A stretch of 63,020 nt of DNA, counting the filler, from Octopus bimaculoides (taxonomy: Eukaryota): the NCBI RefSeq assembly GCF_001194135.2. It is 4 parts of 4 records of this genome, joined end to end, with 100 filler letters (N's around TTAATTAATTAA, not from the genome) between each part and the next. Parts side by side here need not be neighbours in the genome. Positions count along the whole stretch, not along the records: positions 29,660 to 56,919 come from NC_068988.1; positions 57,020 to 58,340 come from NC_068987.1; positions 58,441 to 63,020 come from NC_068990.1; 1 more part is not named here. One strand, written 5' to 3'. Under the pieces are notes generated by a model, which saw nothing but the letters and a program-made list of their open reading frames with translations, made no database searches and had not been told where the DNA came from. A program made the translations under genes and the position numbers. Numbering within the stretch: the stretch's first letter is position 1; the number at the start of each line of letters is the position of its first letter. Shown here in pieces: positions 53,240 through 63,020 of the stretch.

Positions 53240-53630
53240 CAAGGGTGGCTCTATGGTAAGAATTTTGCTTTCCAACCACATGGTTCCGGGTTCAGTCCTT
53301 GGGCAAGTGTTTTCTACTATAGTCTCGGGCCACCCAGAACCTTGTGAGTGAATCTAGTAGACGGAAGCTGATAGAGGCCCGTCTCATATATACATATGTG
53401 TGTGTGTGTGTGTGTGTGTGAGGGTCTTCTTTGTGTTTGTTTGTCCACCACCACTTCTACTACCACCATCGTTTGACAACGGGTGCTGGTGCGTTTACCT
53501 CCCCGTAACTTGACGGTTCGGCAAAAGAGGCGAGATTGAATAAGTACTAGGCTTACAAAGAATAAGTCTTGGTGTAGATTTCTTCGACTAAAAAAGCCCT
53601 TTAAGGGAGTGCTTCAGAATGGCCGCAGAA
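53240..53630 (+). mobile_element. SINE family A, full length
   Basis: GTGGCTCTATGG, GGTTCCGGGTTCAGTCC, internal (TG)n, and a 3' half with AATAAGTACTAGGCTTACAAAG. Confidence 0.85.
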
Positions 53631-54262
53631 TAGAAGAATTAATTAGAGAACGACAAAATAAATACTGAATTAATGTAAAATATGAGGCGAATGTGAATGA
53701 CTAATGTCTGATCCTCGAAGGCAGTGCACCGCCATGATAGTTGTCAAATAACATGAAATAGTAACAAAATAAAATAATACTCCTGGATACACATCAACAT
53801 AGATATATAGTTTTTACCGTCTTCCAAAAGATTAATAAGACAAATTCCTCGATTGTCTGGATAATGTTTACATTTCTCTAAATGTTTATTCAGTGTTCTA
53901 CCTCAAAAACATAGGCAGTCTGTGTGCCGATAATATTTGCAATAATTCTCCTCTGCTGTGTTTTCACTGTCTGATGGAAATATAGGAAGTATGTTTCGTT
54001 TATTTAACTGTCATGTCTGGAACACAAGTGAGAAAATGACAGGACAAATTATTTCCTTTCTATCTCGATGACAACAACGCAATAATTGTCGTGAACATGG
54101 TTGCCAAAAATTACTTATGATTTTAGCCATCAGCTTTTGTATATTAATCCTTATCACTGATTTCACTCACCACTTCAGTTTTCTACATCTTCATTCCTGC
54201 CATTAAGATTTACTTTTAAGACAAGTGTAATTCAAAAGCAAACATTATTATTGTCACAGCTA

Positions 54263-55486
54263 CAGGGGTTGGACAAAATCATGGAAACACCTTAAAATTT
54301 GAAACAAATTTATTTTAATATAGGGTAGGACCACTTTTGACATTAATTACAACATGAATTCTACGAGGTATGGACTCGTACAAAGCTTGAATTGTTTCCA
54401 AAGGAATTTTGGTCTATTCTTCAGCTAAAACAGTGTCTAGTTCTTGTAGTGATGATGGTTGAGGATATCGACTCCTTACTTATTTTTCTAGGATGCACCT
54501 TAAATGTTCAATAATATTGAGATCTGGGGACTGTGGTGGCCAAGTAAGATGTTCAACTTCACTAGAATGTTCCTCGTGCCGTTCAGTAACAACTTTAGCT
54601 GTGTGAATTGGTGCATTATCATCCTGAAAGATTGCGTTTCCCTCCTTAAGCAGTTCCGCAACCATAGGGACAATTTTATCAGATAAAATGCTGAAATAAT
54701 CTTGACTATTAATTCTGCCATGAAGGGAAACCATTGGATTTCGAAGATAAAACCCGAACCCACCCAGCCATCATCACAGGTCCTCCTCCATGTTTAACAG
54801 TTGGAAGAAGGCAGTCTGGGGCAAATGCTTCTTTTGGCTGTGTCCACATGTTTGCTTTTGAAAGTAGTGGTTTTCTGATTGCTGTCCTCCCTTCAAAACC
54901 GACATTGTGCAGCTCCCGGCGAAGAGTTTTGTGAAATCTGTGTTCTCGATGTGGTCATTAAGTGCAGGGTTTCACGGGAGGACAGCAATAAGAAAACCAC
55001 TACTTTCAAAAGAAAATGTGTGGAGACAGCCAAAAGAAGCATTTTGGAAGCTGTACATTTGTGATCCTTTCTAACAATTTGCGTAAGAGTCTGACGGTCT
55101 CTATCTGAAAGTTTTGGTTTTCTTCCGGAGTTTTGTTTCGGCGAGAAGGTTTTTTTCCTTATTTCTCAAAGGTTGTCATTACTTTCGTGACAGTACTTCT
55201 TAATGCACCACCTATTTCGGTTGTTTTCGTTACGCTAGCGCCTGCTATACGAGCGCCAACAATTTGATCTCTTTGAAAGTTCGATAGATCTGTCAATTTA
55301 ATGAATTTTAATTACCTTTCTCTGATAATATCTGAAAGGAAACAACAATTTTAGCAAAACATTAAGCAACACTAGTAATAAATTTTTTAAAAAACATAAA
55401 AATACACAAGCTTTTGACGGTTTTATAGATATCTCAAAATTATGAAGCTATGATACTAGTGTTTCCACTATTTTGTCCAACCCCTG
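54263..55486 (-). mobile_element. Tc1-like DNA transposon with D-36-E spacing (Incomer/DD36E-like), decayed
   Basis: About 28-bp TIRs CAGGGGTTGGACAAAAT..GGAAACAC with TA on both sides; 1224 bp. Minus-strand remnants TDLSNFQRDQIVGARIAGASVTK, PTVKHGGG and FQDD-NAPIH..WPPQSPDLNII-E, with 36 residues between D and E. Confidence 0.9.
54410..55296 (-). pseudogene. Tc1-type transposase pseudogene
   Basis: Includes ORF 54480-54734. It has stops, a deletion of the first-Asp region and an inverted duplication. Confidence 0.85.
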
Positions 55487-56554
55487 TACATTACCAAACT
55501 CGTTACTCCTGCTTTATTTTTATCATCTTATGTTATCTATAATGAAGTATAAAGGTTTCAGACATTCTACTATTGCCATTTACTTTTCCAAATAACTACA
55601 AATGTATCATTAAGAATATTTGTCTCTATAACATTGTAACATATTCTATAATTATAATCAATTCTATCATAGTCAATAAGTCCTATATTCCAGTGTTCAT
55701 TATTCTACAACCAGTTTCAAAATACACGTGTCAGCAACAAAAAATCTATATATTATTCGTATTAATCTGCCAAATAGAAAAACAGCTTAGTACAGAAACA
55801 CTGATATTTATTGCAAAACTTAATTTAACAGTAATTGATGATCGAACTAATTTCAAGTCATGTCAAGTCTGATTTGCTAACTCTTCATTTCGACATTTAA
55901 TAAGACAATCGACAGCCTAAAATATCTAGATGTGTTAATTCGTTTTCAACTTTATATCTTATCATCATTGATATTATATTGTCGGAAGTAATATCAATGA
56001 ACCCATTTCAACTGAAAATATAAATATGCTTAGGCATCTTCAATATGACTGGCCAGCTTCATTTTCGTTCTCCTTGTTATTACTAAATATCACGTGGGCT
56101 ATTTGAAACATGTCTTACCATCATTTAGTATATTTTAATAGATCTTTTCAAGAGTTTTCATCTCGAATACTTGTATGAAAATCCTTTGAAAGTATTAAGA
56201 AGAAAATTTCAGTCAAATATATATGGAGTCATGCGGGAGGAGGTTTCAGATGTCTAAAGAAATTCCGGTATCAAATAATCCAAATCTTTTAAAATATGAG
56301 ACACTTGATTACTAAGCAATACCTATGTGTGTGTGCGCGCGTGTCTATGCTTGTGTGCATGTGTATGTGCGCGCACGGATATGTGTATGTGAGCAATATC
56401 TGCGGGCGTGTCCATTTATGAAGAGCTGGACTCATTAGTCACCAGCGTAGCCACAAGTATAAAGTATAAATTTGTCTGCGTACACAATAGTCTTATTGAA
56501 CGATGATGATCTTCCTCAGTACAGCAGTAGTGTCAGGCATTAACCCCTTCGCAA

Positions 56555-56618
<64 letters not shown>

Positions 56619-56634
56619 TAATTTTTATCTTTTA

Positions 56635-56830
56635 CTTGATTCAGTCTTTACACTGCGGCCATCGTGGGGCACCACATTGAAGAAGTCTACTCGAAATAAT
56701 CGGTCACATGACTTAGTTTCTAAGACTGGCAGTTATTCTGTCATTTTAGTTTTGTGAACCACTAGATTATAGGAACGTAAACACACTAACACTGGTTTAC
56801 ATGCAGTGGTAGGGAAAAACACAGACGCGA
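56635..56830 (-). mobile_element. SINE family A, 3' half (decayed)
   Basis: CTGCGGCCATCGTGGGGCACCAC..GGAACGTAAACACACTAACACTGGTT. Confidence 0.65.
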
Positions 56831-56877
56831 AGACCTACACGCATATTTATATACACACATACACGCACGCACATACA

Positions 56878-56913
<36 letters not shown>

Positions 56914-56963
56914 TATATANNNNNNNNNNNNNNNNNNNNNNNNNNNNNNNNNNNNNNNNNNNN

Positions 56964-56975
56964 TTAATTAATTAA
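56964..56975. other. Synthetic scaffold spacer TTAATTAATTAA
   Basis: 44N+12+44N construct. Confidence 0.9.
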
Positions 56976-57081
56976 NNNNNNNNNNNNNNNNNNNNNNNNN
57001 NNNNNNNNNNNNNNNNNNNTATGTATGTTTGTATGTATATAAGAGTATGTATATATATATATATGTATATATTAAGTAAAG

Positions 57082-57116
<35 letters not shown>

Positions 57117-57125
57117 CGTGTGTGT

Positions 57126-57440
57126 GAAGGCGCATGACTTAGTGGTTAAGTTATTCGCTTTACGATCGTAAAGTCGTGAGTTCGATTCCCGGTGGGGAGT
57201 TGTGTCCTTGAGCAAAAGACACTTTATTTAAAATTCCTCCAGTCAACTCACCTGGCAAAAATGAGTTGTACTACATATCAAAGGGCCAGCCTTGTCATGT
57301 TCTGTGTCACACTGAATATCTCTGAGCGCAACCTTAAGGGTACGCGCATCTGAGGAGTGCTCATCCACTTGTACATAAATTTCATGAACAGGCTCTTTCG
57401 TTGATCGGATTAACTCGTCGTCGTAACCAACGGGGTGTCA
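57126..57440 (+). mobile_element. tRNA-derived SINE (head H1 + CORE-like segment + body 2)
   Basis: GAAGGCGCATGACTTAGTGGTTAAG, GAGTTCGATTCCC, GTGTCCTTGAGCAAA, then AAAGGGCCAGCCTTGTC. Confidence 0.85.
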
Positions 57441-58384
57441 AGTTAAATACCATAAAACGTAAATTCTTGATTTATTAAAACCATCTCCGCCTCTAGAGGG
57501 TGCATTATAATGACCAAATGGCAACTAAAACCAGCTCCTCTTGAGAAGGGAAGATAATCTCAAAATTCAAANNNNNNNNNNTGTGAATAGATAGATAGAT
57601 AGATAGATAGAAATATGCATATATCTATATGGTATGTGGCTCAATTAAATACAAACACGTGTTACTCATAGTCACAAATGCGCACACTTACACAAACATA
57701 CACTCACACTCACGCACACGCGCGCACCCCCCCCCACACACACACACACAACGTTATCCTTTGCTACAATATTATTATAACTTTATCCAAGCACTTGTTA
57801 TGGAACTTGTGTTGTTATGACAGAGCTGCTGTTCATAGACCCAATTACGACACATTTTCAATGCTAGATACAATTTTCCAACATTAAAACCGACTGCTTA
57901 GATTTCCATGGAAACCGTTTCAAACTTGTCAGATGCTGATACATAAGGATAAACTCTCGAGTATGTGCAAATCTGCATCTGTATGAATGTATGCATGTGT
58001 GTATGTGCTAGTGAGTGTGTGTGTGCTAGTGAGTGTGTGTGTGCGTGTGTGTGTGAATCAAATAGTATGTGTTACGTTCGGTATCGGCACTATTTGCATG
58101 AGAGCGATTTTATTTTTGCATATACATACACATACTTAGACGTTTGTGTACGTGCGAATATGTATACACACATACACACACCCACGCACACACACACACG
58201 AGCACGCACATAGATACACGCGCACACATGTTTATCCACATAAGCCCATTTATGCCTTACCTCTCTGTCTCCCTCCCTCTTTCCATCTTACTTTTTTGCT
58301 TTCTTTCTCTATACACACACACACTCTCACACACATGTATNNNNNNNNNNNNNNNNNNNNNNNNNNNNNNNNNNNNNNNNNNNN

Positions 58385-58396
58385 TTAATTAATTAA
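58385..58396. other. Synthetic scaffold spacer TTAATTAATTAA
   Basis: 44N+12+44N construct. Confidence 0.9.
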
Positions 58397-58440
58397 NNNN
58401 NNNNNNNNNNNNNNNNNNNNNNNNNNNNNNNNNNNNNNNN

Positions 58441-58487
<47 letters not shown>

Positions 58488-58695
58488 GACACAGACACAT
58501 ATACACACAAACACAGACACACACACACATATACACACACTCATATATGCATATATACTTAAAGTGTAAAATAACTAATAAATACCAATTTCTGCAAATA
58601 GACTCTAATATTACTTTTTTTCTGAAAATGGATATAACAATGCAAGTTATTCACTTACTGCAGACATACATACATACATACACTAATTAACACAC

Positions 58696-58733
<38 letters not shown>

Positions 58734-59343
58734 TCACACATGCACACAAATAAGTGCAAATACAGAGTCATACGTAGTTATAATATTTTTATACAAGCGC
58801 ATACTTAGTTACACAAATAAATATTATTGGAAATATGTACGTATTTACACGCGCACATATGAGTGTGTATATGATACACACATACATACAGGCATACATA
58901 TACATAGCAAGTGGTTTTATATACCCTACTGTATATATATAAACATATTTATAGGGAGAGAGACATTGATAGATACATAGATACATACATACATACGTAC
59001 ATACATACATACATACATACATACATACATACATACATACATACATACATACATACATGCATACATAAAAAGATAAAGACAGATAGACATTACCATTGAT
59101 TATGCTCGATTATACACTAATATTCTTAGAAACACACATCAACACACTCCCCTATGTGTGTGTGTGTTTGCTTGTGTGTGTGTATGAACACGAGTGTGTT
59201 TTCGTATGCATATATTTTTCATTTATATACATATATATGTAGAAATATTTTTCTTTGTGTATATATTTATATACTTCAATGATTTACATGTACACATATT
59301 TGTGAACATGTTTACCTACTGATATATTTAGATAACTACACAT

Positions 59344-59390
<47 letters not shown>

Positions 59391-60016
59391 TACTCACAAA
59401 TACGCACAGCGACACGCACGTAGATACACACCTACATGCATACTACATACATACATACACATACATACATGCATACATGCATACATATAAATCTACATTC
59501 ATGTATGCATACATAGATGCATACACAGTCAAACATTACCATGCCAACAAGCACTTCGTAGCGCTATATACTTGTATGTGTCGTGTATATGTGCATACAA
59601 ATATGTATATGTGTATATGTATGTGTATGTACCCTCACGCACACACAGTATACCTTACAAACGGCTTATTGTTAGCTAAGTTAGAAGTAATATCTTTATT
59701 AAAATGTCGACTTTCGTTGTCCAAGTGATGTGTCGAGAGAGTCACGGCTGGTGATCAAGTGAAAACAGTTAATCCCGCCACTTTGCTCCGCACCAAACGT
59801 AACAATAGGCTGAGTGGCACCAACACACGTTTGTTGGGGTGGACCGGAAGCTGGTGTTTCACACTGAACAAAATACCCTAACAGACACCGCTTACACCCT
59901 GATTTCGCAATATGTTTGTGACAAAATGAAATAGCAAAGTGTATAAATAAATGTATATATAAATATACCAATAACAAACAAAGAATAAATATCAATTAGT
60001 AAAAAAGAAAATAGGT

Positions 60017-60017
60017 T

Positions 60018-60088
<71 letters not shown>

Positions 60089-60093
60089 TGATT

Positions 60094-60152
<59 letters not shown>

Positions 60153-60182
60153 TGATTGATTGATAGATAGATAGATAGATAT

Positions 60183-60226
<44 letters not shown>
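60017..60226. repeat. (GATA)n microsatellite
   Basis: Direct inspection; similar arrays occur at 15218-15290 and 29697-29920. Confidence 0.95.
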
Positions 60227-60227
<1 letters not shown>

Positions 60228-60428
60228 NNNNNNNNNNNNNNNNNNNNNNNNNNNNNNNNNNNNNNNNNNNNNNNNNNNNNNNNNNNNNNNNNNNNNNNNN
60301 NNNNNNNNNNNNNNNNNNNNNNNNNNNNNNNNNNNNNNNNNNNNNNNNNNNNNNNNNNNNNNNNNNNNNNNNNNNNNNNNNNNNNNNNNNNNNNNNNNNN
60401 NNNNNNNNNNNNNNNNNNNNNNNNNNNN

Positions 60429-60474
<46 letters not shown>

Positions 60475-60834
60475 GGAGGAGGACTGACGAACAGAAATTG
60501 GGAGAGAAGTTTTGAGAGTCACAAGTTCTGATTATTTGGAATAACAAAAGAATGCATTGTGCATTTGTTATTCAAACGCATGTGTGTACTTCAACGAAGT
60601 AACGTGTTCAAGCACGCAAACAATCGAATAATTACATACACACACAGATTTGTGTATATACTTTCACCTCCACACCAGTAGACATATGTAAACGTTCATA
60701 TATATATATGTTAACAAACATGCTGAAAATAGAAAACTTTATACTCAAATTCGAAGAGAAGCGCAAAGTATTCCTTATACGTGTGTGCGTGCGTTTGCGT
60801 GTGTTGTGTGTGTTTCTGTAAGTATGTGCGCGTG

Positions 60835-60875
<41 letters not shown>

Positions 60876-61867
60876 GTATACATAAATGTATGGACACACA
60901 GATACACACACGCACAGACACATATACATGCATATACATATGCATATAAATGCATATCTATAATATACATACAAATATACCCGTATATGTATAGAAACAC
61001 ACAAAACTATACACACGCACACGCACACACACACACACATATTTATATATATATATATATACACACGTTTGTATATAAATATATATATATATACACACAC
61101 ATTTGTATACATACATACATATCTATCTATATACATATATATAGATATATATACTAACGTGTATATGAGTACATATATTTATATGAGTGTATGTATATAT
61201 ATATATNNNNNNNNNNNNNNNNNNNNNNNNNNNNNNNNNNNNNNNNNNNNNNNNNNNNNNNNNNNNNNNNNNNNNNNNNNNNNNNNNNNNNNNNNNNNNN
61301 NNNNNNNNNNNNNNNNNNNNNNNNNNNNNNNNNNNNNNNNNNNNNNNNNNNNNNNNNNNNNNNNNNNNNNNNNNNNNNNNNNNNNNNNNNNNNNNNNNNN
61401 NNNNNNNNNNNNNNNNNNNNNNNNNNNNNNNNNNNNNNNNNNNNNNNNNNNNNNNNNNNNNNNNNNNNNNNNNNNNNNNNNNNNNNNNNNNNNNNNNNNN
61501 NNNNNNNNNNNNNNNNNNNNNNNNNNNNNNNNNNNNNNNNNNNNNNNNNNNNNNNNNNNNNNNNNNNNNNNNNNNNNNNNNNNNNNNNNNNNNNNNNNNN
61601 NNNNNNNNNNNNNNNNNNNNNNNNNNNNNNNNNNNNNNNNNNNNNNNNNNNNNNNNNNNNNNNNNNNNNNNNNNNNNNNNNNNNNNNNNNNNNNNNNNNN
61701 NNNNNNNATATATATATATATATATATACATATATATGTATATATATATTTAATTATGCCAAGGACTTATAATCCTTTAAGGGATGTTTCTCCGGTTTTT
61801 ACCAGTGTTCAGTGAAAAATTAAATACGTTAATTTTGCATTGATGGATATGGGTATTTAAATTATTT

Positions 61868-62207
61868 ATGAGTGAGAAAAGAAAAAGAAAATGGAGAAAT
61901 TGTCATATAGACATCAGTTTATTTAAATATATTCAAATCAATATAATATGAAATTTTTATCCCTACAGCCGTTTCCATAGCCAATTAATTCAATTAGAGA
62001 AATTAAATTGAATTAAGTTAATTTAAAATTTTCATATTGAAATTGGTTAATTGGTAATTTCATCAGGCGAGAATTTTCCAGAAAGGAGTTACATTCCAAC
62101 GTGTTGACCGACCCTTGACAGACTCACATGTGTGCGTTTTAGCTATGTATGTATTTAAAAGAAATTGTTATTAGCATATACATATGTATATATATAGATA
62201 TATATAT

Positions 62208-62246
<39 letters not shown>

Positions 62247-62660
62247 GGGAGTGAGAGCTCTCCCTCACTCTCTCTATCTCTCTTTCAATCTATATATATA
62301 ACACCTCACAACCAGTAACAACTATTATGTAGCACAAGCGCACGCGCACTGCTATATGAAACATATTTTCTTATATGTATGTATATATATAGGCTAATAA
62401 CGGGTTTTTCAAATCCATACATTGCCAAAACGCACACACCTCAGTCTGTCATGGGTCAACCAACACGTTGGAATGTAACTAATTTCAGGAAAATTCTGCC
62501 TTGATGAAATACCCAGTTAACCAGTTTCAGTATGAACATTTCAAATGAAATTAATTTAATTTAATTTTTCTAATTGAATTAACTGGCTACGAAAACGGTT
62601 GAAGGGATAAGAATAAACTGATGTCTATGTGAATTTCTCCATTTTCTTTTTCTTATTCAT
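61868..62660. mobile_element. Foldback-type element with long inverted arms
   Basis: Left arm 61868-62175 is the reverse complement of right arm 62393-62660 (e.g. GTTACATTCCAACGTGTTG vs CAACACGTTGGAATGTAAC). The spacer is simple repeats. Confidence 0.8.
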
Positions 62661-63020
62661 ATACGTGTGTGCATGCGTTTGTGTGTGTGTGTGCAAGTTG
62701 GGATTTTGCACCATATATATATATCTCTCTCTCTATATATATAGTAGTTTAGAAGACTAAACACATTAACATATACCTAATACTTTTCTTTTAATACAGC
62801 CCTGACATTATATATATAAGCTGTGTCAGTTTTTTTCTTTTTTTTTTCTTGTTTGTGCGTGTGTTTAAATGTGTTGACATGAATGTATATGTAAGTGGCA
62901 GTAATATTAAATATTCTAAAGAAAGTAATACTTTGTTCAAGTCCAAGAGTAGCAGTGACGTCATTTCTTGCAAATATTCTTGCCATTTATTATTTTGTTT
63001 TTTTTTTTTGTTTTTTTTTT

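Overview
This is repeat-dominated, AT-rich animal genomic DNA with no gene I can name. The SINE families and microsatellite density match my recollection of an octopus (coleoid cephalopod) assembly, which is inference only. About 5 kb is N, in roughly 28 gaps; three of these are synthetic 44N-TTAATTAATTAA-44N scaffold joins. Nearly all ORFs in the supplied track are microsatellite or N artefacts. The only recognisable coding sequences are three decayed Tc1/mariner transposases: a full-length DD34D mariner (19830-21032), a DD37D maT fragment (about 32335-33271) and a 1.22 kb Tc1-like element with D-36-E spacing (54263-55486). The window also holds several MITE/foldback elements and dozens of tRNA-derived SINE copies whose heads and bodies are shuffled as modules. 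The most interesting signal is a set of minimal type-I hammerhead-ribozyme motifs of the Penelope-like kind. Two decayed copies sit in an inverted pair of a tRNA-headed (Pol III A/B-box) element at 430-858, and three more sit in solo modules of about 150 bp next to microsatellites. Two short exon-intron-exon clusters on the + strand (11913-12084 and 45065-45205) may belong to a host gene, but support is weak.
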